A stretch of 64,000 nucleotides of DNA from Lama glama (GCA_028534125.1 CM052817.1:59336001-59400000); one strand, 5' to 3'; shown: positions 13,413 to 28,468, counted from the first letter of the stretch. The notes: generated by a model not told the origin, from the sequence alone. Program-made: numbers and translations.

Positions 13413-16041
13413 AAGAGAGGAACTGCAGCCAAGGCGGTGGAGGAAAAAGACCCTGAACTCAACTTCTCTCATGAGCACTACAGAATCTCAACTGTCTATA
13501 CAATAACTGCCCATAAAGAAGACTGGAACCTACAAGAAAAGAACTTCCACAGCTAAAGACACAAAGAAGGAGCCACAAGAAGACTGGGAGGTGAGGCAGA
13601 TTCCTGATACAATCAAATCCCATACCCTACGGGGGGAGACTCACAAACAGGAGAAAAATGACATTGCAGAGGTTCTCCCACAGAAGCAAGAGTTCTGAGC
13701 CCCATGTCGGCCTCCCCAGCCCAGGGGTCCAGAACCACCAGGAAGACCAACTCCCAGTTTGCAGGGCTTAACTGCAGGAGCCCCACAGGGCTAGAGGAAA
13801 CAGAGGCTTCACTCTTATTAAAGGACGCACACAAAATCTCACATGCGCTGGGACATGGGGCAAAAGAAGTCACTTGATAGGACCCTGGGCCAGGCCTACC
13901 AATGGGCTTGAGGAGTCTCCTGGAGAGGCAGGGTGTGGCTGAAACTCACCCTGGGGACACAGACACTGGGGTAGCAGACATGTTGGGGAATATTCAGCCA
14001 CTGAACACTGCTGCTGTGGCATCTGACATCTTGGATAATTAGCTCCAAGACCAGCCCCCATCTATCAACAGCCTGCAGAGGACAGCCCTGGGACACCTCA
14101 GGCCAAACAACTAACTGTTTGGTCTGTATCTCCACCCACCAGCAGACAGGCTGACTAGAGGCTAAAAAGCCCATAGCTGCCTCTGGGCTCACCCCCAGAC
14201 ATGGCCTAGCCCACCAGACGGCCACGACCCAGCTCCAGCCACCAGTGGACAGGCGCTGACCCTTCCTACCAGGAAGCCAGGCCAAGCCTCTAGACCAGCC
14301 TCATCCACCAGGGGGCAGATACAAGAAGCAAGAAAACTACGGCCCTGCATCATGGGCCAGACCCTACACTGAGATCAGCTGGCTACTAGCAGGCCAACAC
14401 AGCCACTGGGACAGCCCAGACCCCAAACCAACTGTGTCAGGAACCACTGTTGCCCCATGGTGATTTGAAATGAGCTCTGGGATCCCTGAGGCCTGTCTGC
14501 AGGCTCTATGTGCTCTATCTGCCAGCAGACCAGCACTAACCCCAGGATCTGGCTTCACCAGTGGGTAGGTGACAGCCCTGGGGTCTTCAGGACCTGACTC
14601 TGCCCACCAGTGAGCCAGCACTAGCCCTGGGGGCCCCCTAGGGTTCCACAATCAGCTACCTCATGACCAGGCCCTACTAAACAGTAACCAGCAGCATCTG
14701 CACAAGGCGGGGCCTGGCAACTAACCAAATTTGGGAACCACCAGATCACCCATATAGTTAGCCCACTACCACAGAAAGGCCAGCATAGCCCTCTTAGGGT
14801 GAAAGCATGAGCATATAGCTTGGGTGACGAGAAGGGAGTGCACTGCTGGGACACATAGCATACTTCCTACAGAGGGCCACTTCTCCAAAGGCAAGAAACA
14901 TAACTAACCTACCACATATTTAAAAATACAAATAGCAACTTAGACAAAATGAGGTGGCAAAGGTATATGTTTCAGACAAAAGGACAAGATAAAATCCCAG
15001 AACTAAGTGAAGTAGAGATAGGCAATACCCAAGAAAGAGTTCAGAGTAATGATTGTAAAGATGATCAAAGAACTCGAGAGAAGAATGGATGCACAGAGCA
15101 AGGAATTAGAAGTTTTTAGCAAGGAGTTAAAAAATGTAAAGGGCAACCAAACTGAAATGAAGAATACAATAATTGAAGTGAAAAGTCACTGGAAGGAATC
15201 AACAATAGAATAAATGATTCAGAAGAATGGATCAGTGAGCTGGAAGACAGAGTAATGGAAATCACTGCAGCTGAACATACAGAAGAAAAAGAATTTAAAG
15301 AAATGAGGATGGTTTAAGAGACCTCTGGGACAACATCAAGTACACTAATACTTGCATTATAGGGGTCCCAGAAGGAGAAGAGAGAGATAAAGGGCCTGAA
15401 AAAAATATTTGAAAAGATAATAGCTGAAAACCTCCCTAACCTGGGAAAGGAAATAGTCACACGAGTCCAGGAAGCACAGAGAATCCTATACAGGATCAGC
15501 CCAAAGTGGAACACAACAAGATACTATACATAGAAAATCCTAAAGATGCCACCAGAAAACTACTAGAGCTCATCCATAAATCTGGTAAAGTTTTAGGATA
15601 CAAAAATAATACACAGAAATCTGTTGCATTTCTATACACTAAAAACAAGATATCAGAAAGAGACATTAATGAAAAAACCCCATTTTACTATTGCATTCAA
15701 AAGAGTAAAATATCTAGGAATAAACCTACCTTGGAGACAAAAGATCTGTACTCTGAAAAGTACAAGACACTGATGAAAAAAAATAATAAAACTAAAAGTG
15801 GAGTTACAATATGATCCAGCCTTTCCAGATACATTCCTGGGCATATATCTGGAGAAAATTCTAACTACAAAAAACACATGCATGCACACCAGTGTTCATA
15901 GCAGCACTGTTTACAACAATAGCCAAGACATGGAAGCAACTTAAATGTCATTGATTAATAAATGAATAGATAAAGATGTGGTTGGTGGATAGATAGATAG
16001 ATGTGAGAGAGAGAGAGAGAGATGGGTGGGTGGATGGATAA

Positions 16042-16092
<51 letters not shown>

Positions 16093-16460
16093 CAATGGAA
16101 TATTACTGAGCCATAAAAGAATGAAATAATGCCGCAGCAGCATGGGTAGACCTAGAGATCATCATACTAAGTGACGTAGTCGACAGAGAAAGACAAATAT
16201 ATGAAATCACTTATATGTGGAATCTAAAAAAAATAATGATACAAAGGAAGTTATTTACAAAACAGAAATAGACTCGCAGACATAGAAAACAAACTTATGG
16301 TTACCAAAGTGGAAAAGGAAGGGGTTAAATTTGGAATTTGTGATTAATAGATACATACTACTATGTATAAAATAGATAAACAATAAGGGCCTACTGTACA
16401 GCACAGGAAACTTTAGGCAATATCTTTTAATAACCTATAGTGGAAAAGAATCTGGAAAAG
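13413..16460 (+). mobile_element. L1 with 5' UTR, partial ORF1, two large internal deletions and 3' UTR
   Basis: GC-rich 5' UTR to ~14940, ORF1 (ataggggtcccagaagg), jump to ORF2 ILYIENPK at ~15520, jump to ORF2 end at ~15785. Confidence 0.85.
15990..16091 (+). repeat. (GATA)n/(GA)n compound microsatellite
   Basis: Direct inspection. Confidence 0.9.
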
Positions 16461-16879
16461 ATTTGTGACCAAATTTGACTCTCACCCAATACACCACGTT
16501 CAATGCCACTGTTCCTATTTCTATTACTTGGTATTCTGCAGAGACATCTTAATCTTTGATTTACCTTCTTTCCTCAAAACCTTCAGTCAATGTTCATTCA
16601 TTTACTTGATTTATGAATATATTTTTATTGTGTCACCTATGTGCCAGGTAGTATTCTTGAGATACATCTATGAACATAAGCGACAAAATACTTTTGCTCA
16701 GGAGGTACTTCCACTCTATTGTGGGTATGAGAAATAGATGATAAACAATAAATATTAAAAATGAAATTATAATAAATGTTAAAATTGATAATTGCTATAA
16801 GAGCAGAATAAAGGGGTTAAGAATGGGCAAGTAAATTCATAGCAGGAGAAGTATTTTGCCATGAGATGAATTTTACCTT

Positions 16880-17325
16880 GAGTTTCATCCATATCTGATG
16901 TAGATGATATTTAGATAAGACTGGACTTTAGAGTTGATGCTGGAATGAGTTAAGATTTTTGGAGCTGTTGGATGGCATGAATATAGTTTGCATGTGAGAA
17001 AGACAAGAATTGGTGTGGGGACTGGGGCAGAATACAATGGACTAAATGTTTGTATCCTCGTTTTCACATGTGGAAACCCCAACCCCTAACATATATGGGG
17101 CCTTTGGAAGAATAATTAGGTCACGAGAGTGGCCTTCTAAAAGGGACTAGAGAGCTCTCATCCTCTTTCCAATACATGAGGTTGCCAGGAGAAGAATGCA
17201 ATTCAGAATAGGGCTCTCACCAGCACCCAACTATGTTGACACCCTGGTCTCAGATTTTTAGCCTTCAGAACTGTAAGAAATAAGTTTCTGTTGTTGGTAA
17301 TTTGTTATAGCAACCTGAACTAAGT
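16880..17325. mobile_element. MaLR (MLT1-type) internal end plus LTR, nested in an L2 remnant (16590-17720)
   Basis: ggactttagagttgatgctggaatgagttaaga; cagaactgtaagaaataagtttctgttg; aactaag. Confidence 0.75.
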
Positions 17326-19101
17326 TAGGAGGGTAGACTTTCATTTGAAATAGAATGGTCAGGGCAGAGTTCATTGAGCAAAGGAAGGTGGGAGAAGATG
17401 AAGGCATAACCTCATTGATACATGGGGGAAGAGCAGTTCATGAAAAGAAGAGAGCTCAGTTTAAAGCCAGGAGTTTCTGAGAAACATCAAGGAGGCTATC
17501 ACACCTAAAACAGAATGAGTTGGAGGTAAAGACTTTGGAGGGGAAGTCTGAGACATAACAGTGATCAGGTCTTGTATAGGCTCATAGACCATGAAAGACA
17601 TACCCTATGTTGCTTTTACACAGAGGAATCATTATTGGAGGGTTTTGAGCAAAACAGTGTTGAGAGTTGAATTACATTTTGGAAGAATCACTTTATTTGC
17701 TATGTTGAGAACAAAAAACACTGGGGATGGGGTGGGTGATAATGATGAAAAAGGAACAAAATTTCCATTTCATTTATTTCCATTTTATGTCCATATAATC
17801 AATGTCATAATCTATGCACTTTGCAATTAATTTCTTTTCTACTTTCAATGTAATTTAAATCTCAGGTTGTATTTTTCTTTTACTGTATTATCTGCTGCCA
17901 GTATTGGTAACTCTAACATCCACTGTGATCATCTGGCTAACGTCAAAGATCCCTAACTTGTTTTACTCCATTATATTTATTCACGTTGCACCCTGGCCAT
18001 ATGCTAAATCTTGGAAACACAAAACGTTTTCCACCTCTGAGATAGTGAATTTATTCTAACAAGAGTTCTTATCTCATCTTCCAAGATTATTGCTGCTTTT
18101 GGATTAAATCATCAGAACCGACCCTGATATATATTCCTGAACTTTGCCAAGATTGTTAGCATCCCCTAGCATTAAGAAATAATACCTTGATGTAAAGTTT
18201 AGACTCAGTTGTAACAAACACATTCTTAGTACCATCCTTGTCAAATTATTAATGTCATTTCCCGGCTTTTAATCACTTATGCAATATTTAATCTGAAGTG
18301 TTTTCTAAACCTTGAATATAGGGTTCAGATAAAAACCTATCAGTGTTAATTAAAGTATGGAGTGAGATAATGGACTCGGTTTAAAATACAGCATCATATT
18401 TTTAAATTCATTGCTCCATTTCTGCTGCCCCTGTACTCCCAGTACCAAAGCCAAGATTCTATGTCCAGAATGTTTTGTCCTGAGGAGATAATACAAGAGA
18501 AGTATGAGAACATGGGCAACATGAATTCCACTGCAGCATTATTCATAACAGACAATGGATACAAACTAAATGTGAAGCAGTGGGAGACAATAATTATGTT
18601 ACATCAACTTATTGGACTATTATGCAGCCATTAAAAGTGACAGTTAAAAAATTCTGCATCACCTTGAAAAATGATTTTGATATATAAAATTTTAAAACTT
18701 AATACTCTATCTTTTCAATAATTGCTAATTTGTAAAAAGTATGTATGTGGTCAAAAACTGGAATGAAGTTCTGAAAATAGAAATATGATTTGTTAAAGTG
18801 GTTAGTTTACTTGTGATATTTTTCTATAGTTTTCATTTTTATAATATCTCTGTAACAATATTTAAGAGCATTAAGGAAATATCTTAAAGTTACATAGTTA
18901 TATGATTTGGGGGAGAATTTATGTAGTCGAATATATAGAATTGACTAGATCCAACATGTGTCTCCCTGTTCATAAATAATATTTAGAATTTTAACCCTAA
19001 TGTAGAAGTTCAAATCCCATCTTCCAACATTTTGTTTCTTTTGCTTCTATTATAAAGGATGCTTTTATTTTCAGATTATCTATTGCATTTCAGTTACTAA
19101 C

Positions 19102-19238
19102 AGCCTACGAATCAGTTCTGGCACATATCCCATGTCATATGCAAGTTTTACAAAATGGTTTACATATTATCAGTAAGTTCACTCTTTCTGTCACTTCTGA
19201 CAGGTGTTAAACACACTCTAACACCATTTTCCCTTTAA
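19102..19238 (-). CDS. Candidate exon, ~137 nt, entry phase 0
   Basis: ttttaatcag acceptor; LKGKWC*SVFNTCQK*QKE*TY**YVNHFVKLAYDMGYVPELIRR. Confidence 0.55.
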
Positions 19239-19345
19239 CTGATTAAAATTACTGTTATTTTGACAATTTTGTATGCTTTTAGAATCAACAGTGCTTAGAT
19301 ATTGTTTACAGATTACTTATGAAGAATAGTATGAAATCTCCATAC

Positions 19346-19577
19346 CAGCTGCAATATATTGTTGAGCTCTCCAGAGAACGTTGCTATCATTTTTCCTGGT
19401 TCCTTTGTCTTTTTTTCCCTCCGATTTTACATCAGGCCACACTGTTTTCTGGAGTAAATTCTGTTGTAATTCTGAGGTTTCTCCAAGTGCAAAAGGATTT
19501 ATAAAATGTGTTACTCACATCTGCTTTCTTCAAAATACTCAAGTTACTTTATACACTGCCTTTTTTGATCCAAAAAC
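19346..19577 (-). CDS. Candidate exon, 232 nt, phase 2->0
   Basis: FLDQKRQCIK*LEYFEESRCE*HIL*ILLHLEKPQ...KMIATFSGELNNILQL|gtatgg. Confidence 0.55.
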
Positions 19578-20930
19578 CTCAACACAAAATAATACTGTAT
19601 TCTATTTGTATCTTTTCATATACTTAATAGACTTGCAGATGTGTTGGTTTAGGTTTTTGTATTCATTATATCACTCAATATATAAATTGTACCCACTACT
19701 TAACAGTTTAAATAAACAATAGTTAACTGAACCAATTATATTGTATTATTGAGTTCAGTTTGGTAGAAACCCAAGCAGCGATATAAAATTTCTAAATAAC
19801 AATATTAGAGAATAATAAGAAAAGTCTTCTAATTTATCCATCAAAGACTGGCTTTACAAAATTAGTATAAAAGTATAAAATTTTAATTATTTTCAAAAGA
19901 TACCTTATCTGTCAAAAATGAATTTTTGAGTTGTTAGCATGTGTAAAATTATTTCAGTTTTAGCTTCAATGCATCAGAATTCCCTAGAAGCCTAATTTAA
20001 AACATGAGGCTTTTCAAGAAAATCGTAAGTGTTTCAAAACTATCAAATGTCAAGCCAGATAACATACACCATGGAGTCAATGTTGTGAAATTTGGATGAA
20101 GGAATGTTCTGTCCCATAGCTTCCAATGGTTCCAGTGATGTCTTAGAGCATCGGTGGCCATGCTGCCTGACATGTGACTTTGCTTCTGTGACCACAGCCA
20201 GCTGGATCAAGGGAGAGCATTAGCCTCAAGGGAAGATCAACCACATGCTGATTGGTGGACTTTATAAAATTTCTCAGTAATGAATGTTTTAGCTGACAAG
20301 GGAGAGGTGACCAAGTTAAACCTGTAAGAGTCTTTCAGTGAGGGATTTAAAAGTGTTACGCAAACCCAGTATTTACTAGCAGCTGCTCAAGCTGAAAGAC
20401 AGAAGAAAAGGGTATCAGAGACTGCACAGAGAAAGAAAGATGAAATTAATCATCTTTATACTATGAGCACTACTGCTAGTAGCAATAATGTATAGAAATA
20501 GCTGGTAAACAGCAACAGGAGCTGAGAGGGAGCATGTAAATCACATAAATGATGCAATACAGAAATGAAGAGGAAACTTTCACAGCTGATTCTTTAGCAC
20601 GATAATATCTCAGGGTATCTTGGCAACTCTAGATCTGAACTGTCTCCTGGTTTCCATCATCTAGTTTTCAAAAGCTATGCCTGTACTGCAGTTTTGGATT
20701 TCATTTGCATGTCCTGATCTACCTACTATTCCTGGATTCCCACAAGGCCTTGCTATAACAAGGAAATTAGCTTTCTCCTCATTTTCTTGTACAGTTTTTA
20801 ACCAAATCCCTTTTTCTAATCTAAGTAAGTTGGTATCTAAAGAAGCTTCATACAGATTTCAGCTAATAAGGAGAGTTAATATCTTTCCATATTCCATGGT
20901 CCTTAGTCAAAAGTATGACACCAAACTTAC

Positions 20931-21122
20931 TTCAGCTAGAAGTAAAACATCACAGAGAACATAGTTGTAAGGTACAATACAATCTACTGGATATACCTTT
21001 ACAAATGTTAACTACCCCAACCATTTTCGCAATAAATCAACTTTTTATAATTGAATTGTTTAATAACAGAGCTCAAATACATACATAATTCCTCATGTTG
21101 CAGAGAATAATTGTACTTGTAC
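20931..21122 (-). CDS. Candidate exon, 192 nt, symmetric phase 2
   Basis: ggttag|...|gtaagt; YKYNYSLQHEELCMYLSSVIKQFNYKKLIYCENGWGS*HL*RYIQ*IVLYLTTMFSVMFYF*L. Confidence 0.6.
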
Positions 21123-21329
21123 CTAACCACTTTGAAAATAATTCATAAACATCTATGATGTCACTTTAAGAAGCACATCAAGAAAAAACTATGAATAAAT
21201 AAAATCCTTTGGTATTAGGAATTGTCACCAGTAGTGAGAAGAAATACATCATATAAGATCAAGGAAACTTATAGTGACTTTATAGTGTTAAAAGATAAAG
21301 GGAGGCATATTAGAATTTTTAAGTTTTTT

Positions 21330-22078
21330 TTTTTGAGGAAAAACTGATTTTAATTGGGCAGCATCCAATCTAGTAGATAGAAAAGAGAAAGAAAAATAAC
21401 ATATAATATCATTCATATATGGAATCAAAAAAAAAAAGACACAAATTAACTTATCTACAAATCAGAGACAGACTCACAGACATAGTAAACAAACATGATT
21501 ACCATTGGGGAAAGGATGTGGGAAGGAATAAATTGGGAGCTTGAGATTTGCAAATACTAACTACTATATATAAAATAGATAAACAACAAGTGTCTTCTGT
21601 ATAGCCCAGAGAACTAATATTCAATATCTTATAGTAACCTATAATGAAAAAGAACATGAAAACAAATATATGTATGTATATGTATGACTGAAACATGCTG
21701 CACACTAGAAATTGACACATTGTAAACTGACTATACTTCAATTAAAAAAAAAAAAAGCTGAAAAAGTGAAAAAAAAAAAGAAAAAGCTCTGAGGAGCTGT
21801 ACAAAATGAGAGACTTTTTATAGTCAGAAGGGAGCCAGAAGAAGTTCTACTAGGCAAAAAAGTGGATTGTTTATTTATCCCAAAGTTACTTTCTTCTAGG
21901 GAATGTCAGGGTTCTATCAGGCAGATTACCTAATTGGTGCTGATCAGGTGATTCTTGATTGAATGTTTTAAGATTCCATTTCTGGGAGAGCAGAAACTGT
22001 AATTAAATTAAATCTTGGTTAGGTGATATGGGACTTAGAATACATGACTCCATTTGGGATTTTTTTTTTTTTTAGCAA
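21330..22078. mobile_element. LTR-like element interrupted by an L1 3' end (+, ~21386-21785)
   Basis: L1 3' UTR ending actgactatacttcaattaaaa(A)n, flanked by gaaaag/gaaaaag; LTR-like sequence resumes after the tail. Confidence 0.7.
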
Positions 22079-22765
22079 TAGCCGTATTTCCGTTAGTAAT
22101 TTCCTTATCTTTATTGTTCATCCTAAACTATAATTCATGTTTGAAGGGTGATTTTCCCCTTTTCCTATAAATATTCCTTTTCAACTTTTCTCTTAAAGAA
22201 TATGCACCTTTGGGAAATCAATGAGAATGAACAGTTCCCCTTCATATGATTTTAATAAAAATTTCAAAACATGCTACAGATATTTAAAAATAAATGTAAA
22301 TAATAATATAAAATGAAAAGCAATAATATGTAGGAAAATTGAAAAGATGATAGAAAACATACATCTAAAAAACAGAAATTAACAAAACAGGGGAAAGACA
22401 AGTATAAATATAGATAGAAGCAATCTTTCAAAAGTTCACAAAAGTAGAGTTTTTGAATTCAAGTAGAATAAGGAAAAAAGTCAAAAAATACAAGCTGAAC
22501 CTAAGATATAATCAAGAAATAACTATGAGTATAATTAAAGTATCTTCTCAAGACTTCAATAAGATATTTATGGGAGGGGGCTCTCTGTAAGTGTGCAGGT
22601 CTTGATCGTATTATTTTGATTTATATTATTAACTTTAAAACACAAAATAAATACAGTCTCTCAATTTGTTGAATGGTATTGAAAGTCTACTATTTTGGTA
22701 CTAAGCTAACCTATTTTTTAAAGCAAATTCATTTATCAAATCCTGAAGATTTTACAAGTATTTAC

Positions 22766-22869
22766 TTGTTCTCTTTTGTCTGTTAATTTCTCCACTTAAT
22801 TTGTGGAGCCCTTTATTCCTACAACCGTACAGATTGGCTGCATTTTAGGTTTGTGGTACCTTTGTCATT
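22766..22869 (-). CDS. Candidate exon, 104 nt, phase 0->2
   Basis: tttcattttag|...|gtaaat; NDKGTTNLKCSQSVRL*E*RAPQIKWRN*QTKEN. Confidence 0.5.
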
Positions 22870-22899
22870 CTAAAATGAAACAACATGTACCTCCCAGCT

Positions 22900-24270
22900 T
22901 CAATGAACCCTTTCTTGGATCTCATATTTTTCTCCTTTATTATTTTCTCTCATATTTTTATTGGATAAATCCTCAGATAACTTCTTAAATTTCTGAGTCT
23001 TTGCTAATCTGAAAATATCTTTTTTACGCTTTTACACTTGACTGATAGTTTTGGAATGGAATTCTGATTTGAATTTTCCCTTAGCAAATTAAGGATCTTG
23101 TTCCATTATCTTTTTCTTCTTTTTTATCCAGCTGTACTGAAGCATATTTGACAAATAAAATTGTATACATTTAAAGTGCATAACATGATGATTTTGTATA
23201 CATATACACTGTGAAATTTTATCACAATGAAGTTTATTAACATTACCATCACCTCACAGCTATTTTTTTGTATGTGTGTGTAGTAAAAGCACTTAAGATA
23301 TACTCTCAGCAAATTTCAAGGATACTAAACAGTGTAGTATTATCTATAGTCACCATGCTGTAGATTAGATTCATAGAACTTATTTGTCTTATAACTGTAA
23401 GTTTGTATCTTTGACCAACATCTTTCCATTTCCCCCTCCTTCCCCACAAGCCCCAGCCCCTGGCAGTCACTATAACCACCAGTCTACATGGTTTCTAAGA
23501 GTTCAATTTTTTTTAACTAAAATACAATACTTTAGTATTTGTCTTTCTGTATCTGGCTTATTTCACTTAGTATAATGCCCTCCAGGTTCATTCACGTCAC
23601 ACATGGCAGGATTTCCTTCTATTTTTATGGCTGGGTAATACCCCATTGTCTTCCACACCCTGTACTGCTAATAGGAAATATCCTTCTGGTCTAATTGCAG
23701 TCCTTTTGTGGGTGACCTTATTCCCCCCACCCCACCCACTCTCTTCAAGCGTGTAGGGCAATTTCTTTATCCTCCTTGTTCTGAAATCTTACATTAATGT
23801 GTTATGTTTATGGCATCTTGGTAGGATTCCCAAGTCATGCGGCTCTAAGAAATTTCCTTGTATCAATTTGACTACTTTTTCCTATTTTCTCTATTACTTC
23901 TCTTTAGAATTCTAATAGAAGGATGGTGAGACTGCTGAAAAGGATCTTTACGATTCTTATTTATGTTACTTTTTATCCTTTTGAGTTTTTGTTCTACTTT
24001 GTCATTTTTAATATTCTAATATTTTTATTGCTTACTTAATAATTTCTGCAATTCTATTTGTAATTTGCAAAGTTTTTTTAATTACTGAATGCTTCTTTTT
24101 ATAGTACTCTTTTCCTGTTCTTATTGAATATGTAATTGTTTCTTGAAAACTCTTACAGAAATCTAATTGCAAGTGTGTTTGTAACTAGTTCTTCTTTTTC
24201 CCATGAATTACTTCTGATTCCTACAGGGTCACATTTTTCCCTTTTTTTAAACTTTATTACTTCAAGACAT
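22900..24270 (-). mobile_element. Ancient L1 remnant with a nested L1MA-type 3' end (~23115-23650)
   Basis: T-rich antisense L1 motifs (tctggcttatttcacttag). Confidence 0.7.
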
Positions 24271-24271
24271 A

Positions 24272-26562
24272 GAGACATACCTCAGAGATATTCAGAGTTC
24301 ATTTCCAGACCATTGTAATAAAGCAAATATCACAATAAAGTGAGTTCCACGAATTTTTTGGTTTCCTAGTGTATATAAAAGTCATGTTTACACTATAGTG
24401 TAGTCTATTAAGTGTGCAACGTTATTTCTAAATAAACAATCTATGTACCTTAATTTAAAAATACTTTATTGCTAAAAGCGCTAACCATCATCTGAGCTTT
24501 CAGAAGTCATAATCTTTTTGCCGGTGGAGGGCTTTGCCTTGATGTTAATAGCTGATGACTAATCAGGGTGGTGGTTAGTGAGATTTGGGGTGGCTGTGGC
24601 AATTTCTTAAAACAAGACTGAGAAGTTTGCTGAATTGGTTGACTCTTTCTTTCATAAGTAATTTCTCTGTAGCATGCAATGCTGTTTAATAGCATTTTAC
24701 CCACAGTAGAACTCCTCTCAAAACTTGCCATCTCTATATCAACTAAGTTTATATTCTAAATCCTTTGTTGTCATTCCAACAGTCTTCACTAGGAATAGAT
24801 TTTGTCTCAAGAAGCTGTTTTTTCTTTGCTTATTTGTAAGAAGCAATTTCTCATCCATCAGCACTTTACCATGAGATTATGGCAATTCTGTCACATCTTC
24901 AGGCTCTACTTATAATTCTAATTCTCTTACTATTTCTGCTACAGCTATAGTTATTTCCTCCATAGAAGTCTTGAACCCCTCAAAGTCATCCATGATGGTT
25001 GTAAGCAACTTCTTCCAAACGCTTGTTAATGTTGATATTTTGACTTCTTCCTATGAGTCATGAATGTTCTTCATGGCATCTAGAATGATGAATTCTTTCC
25101 AGAAGTTTTTCAAATGACTTTGCCCTGGTCCATCAGAGGCGTCAGCATCCATGGCAGCTGTAACCTGTGAAATTCTTAAATAATAATAAGACTTGAAAGT
25201 TGAAATTACTCCTAGGTCCTACAGGATGAATATGGCATGAAAACAACATCAATCTCATGTACATCTCCATCAGTGCTCTCTGGTGACATTGTCAATGAAT
25301 AGTAATATTTTGAAAGAAATCTTTTTTTCTGAGCAGTTGGTCTCAACAGTGGGCTCAAAATGTTCAGTAAACCACATTGTCAACACATATACTGTCATTC
25401 AGGCTTTGTTGTTCCATGTATAGAGTGGAGGAAGAGTCAATTTAGCATAATTCTTAAGAGTTTTAGGATTTTCAGAGTGATAAATGAGCACTGGCTTCAA
25501 CTTAAAGTCACCAGGTGCATTAGTAGCCCCTACCAGCAGAGTCAGCCTGTCCCATGAAGCTTTGAAGCCAGGTGTAGACTTCTTCTCTCTAGCTATCAAA
25601 ATTTCAGATGCCATCTACTTCCAATAAAAGGCTGTTTCATCTACATTGAATATCTGTGGTTTAGTGTAGCCACCTTAATGAATTATCTTATCAAGATCTT
25701 CTGGATAACTTGCTGCTTCACCTTACACTTTTATGTTATGAAAACAGCTTTTTCTTTCTACCTCATGAACCAACCTCTGCTAGCTTCAAACTTTTCTTCT
25801 GCAGCTTCCTCACTCTCTCAGCCTTCATAGAACTGAAGAGATATAGGGACTTGCTATGGATACAATTTTGGCTTAAAGAAATGCTGTGGCTGATTTGGTC
25901 ATCTATCCAGACCATTGAAACTTTCTCCATATCAGCAAGAAGGCTGTTTCTCTTACTTACCATTCATGTGTTCACTGGAGAGCACTTTTAATGTCCATCA
26001 TGAACTTTTCCTTTGCATTTGCAACTTGGCTTTCTGTTGTAAAAGGCCTAGCTTTTGACCTGTCTCAGTTTTCAATATGCCTTTCTCACTAAGTATAATA
26101 ATCTTTTCTACTTTTTGATTTAAAGTGAGAGGCATGTGACTCTTCCTTTCACTTGAACACTTAGAGACTATTGTAGGGTTAGTAATTGACCTAATTTCAA
26201 TAATTTTGTGTTATAGGCAACAGGGAGGCCTGAGAAAAGGGAGACAGATGGGGGAACTGCCAATTGGTGGAGTGGTCAGAACACATACAACATTTATTGA
26301 TGAAGTTCATCATTCTATATGGGCACAGTTTGTGATGCTTCGAAACAATTACAATGATAAATCAAAGATCACTGACCACAGAGCACTATAAAAATATAAT
26401 CTTAACAAAAAAATTTTAAATACTACAATAATTACCAAAATGTGACACAGAGACATAAAGTGAACAAATGATGTTAGAAAAATAGCTCCAATAGACTGGT
26501 TCAATGCAGGGTTGCCACAAACCTTCAATTTATATAAAACACAGTAAAATAAACTATGCCTG
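24272..26562 (-). mobile_element. Near full-length Tigger1 DNA transposon, transposase disrupted
   Basis: TA-flanked TIRs; ORF fragments [45 protein letters not shown] and [20 protein letters not shown]. Confidence 0.92.
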
Positions 26563-28468
26563 TACGTGGTAAAATATTTTGACATTATACAAAAGGACTA
26601 AATAATAAGCATCAAGCCTATCCTCTTTAACAAATAAAAAATATCAATTGTATTGAAAAAAAATCTTCAATGCAAGTATATACTCTTCTCTCCATCCTTC
26701 ATTTTCAAATATAAAAAATATTCTGAATTTGTTTTTTATATTCCCATATATTTCTTATTATCTTACATTTTCATATATCATAAAAAATAATCTTTTGGGA
26801 TATGTTTAATATCTTTTTGTAAATGGTATCATATATTTATATTCTCTTGCTTTTAACACTCAATATTATATTTCAAGTATCATTTATATGGATGTAGTTT
26901 AATCTTGTTCATTCATATTCATTGCTAATGGCACTAATTTGTTTAGATAGATGACTGCTTAGGTATCCATTTTTGTGTTAATAGCTACATAATAAATAAG
27001 TCACAGGGATGTAATAAACAGCATATGAAATATGGTCAACAACATTGCAGTAACTTCATATGGAGTCAGATGGTCACTAACTAGACTTACTGTGATGCAT
27101 TATAATGTATGTAAATGTCAAATAATTATGTAATACACCTGAAAGTATCATAATAGTATATATCAACTATATTTCAATAAAAATAGAGAAGAAATTTTAA
27201 AAAATAAATACACTCCCCTAGTACCTCTTCTTACAAAAAAGAGAGAGAGAGAAAGCAAGCAAGCAAGCAAGGAAGGAAAAGAAAAAGAAATGAAGGAGAA
27301 GAAAAGCAAAAAAATAAAAGCTAATTAGGAGCTCTGGTTACATGGGTGGGGCCTGACATACAACACCTACAGAAATGCCAGAATGAAGAAGTCTTTCCTC
27401 TGGCTTTAACACCCACAGTGTCTTCCTTAGGTGTCTTGCAGAAATTTTATTTAGTCAACATTGAGAAAAACCTCCCTGGTTTTGACTGGAATGTAAAAAA
27501 CTGGCTTCTGGGTGTTCTGTACATGCTATGAGAGTAGATTATCTATAATTGCAAGTAAAGATCTGTAAATAATGCCATGTTAATTTTATCCCACATGTGC
27601 TATCTGTCTAAAAAATCCGCAAGTCCCAGCTGTCTAAAAAACCCACGCCTCTGGGATTCTACAAGGAGTGCTGGGTCCACACTGGCTGCAGTTCCTCCAT
27701 GTATACATTTATCTTCCCTGTCCTCTGCTTTTCTTTACCAGTTACCATTTCCCAAACCAACTTCAGTTTTTCAGAAATTTCTTGAAATACCTTTTGTTCT
27801 CCTTACTCAGTCTTCTCTTTCTCTTCGTATCTGCAGGGGTTAATTTGTTTAAAAAAAATTACTATCAATTACATGGAACTTTGGGAGGGAGAAAATAGAT
27901 AAACCCATTTGCTATGGCCAGCATCTTAAAAATTCCTGCTACCTAGTTGTCTACAAGTCTTAATATTTTCTTAAGGGTGAAAGACAGTATTAATAAATAG
28001 TGATCCAGGTGTGGACTGGTAAACTAGAAAGTTAATCACCTTCTAATAGATAGCTACTTTTTAGATTCATGCAGGAATGCAGGCCAGTATTATCAGATTT
28101 CATGATTTTTAGAAATACATCAGCCATCAGAATTTTTACATTATACCTCCTACTTTCTTAATGATGGCGTTATTTTTGTCAGCATTGTGTGAACTCAACA
28201 TATCTGCAGCAAGTATCCAGAGTGCATGATATTCCTTTTAGATATATTATTAACTTCATTATTTTTAAAATCCTGACAACTAGTTATTATTCCCCACATT
28301 TACAAATGAATAAGCTGAGGTGTTCTAATAAGGTTAATTAGTTTGCCAGATGCTATAGAGAGGACTTGAATCTTGTTCTAAGTCCAGATTGTCTGACATC
28401 AAACCCATTATATCCCAAAGAACACTGTATGTTGTTGCTAAGTAGGTGATAAATAAAAGACACCATAC

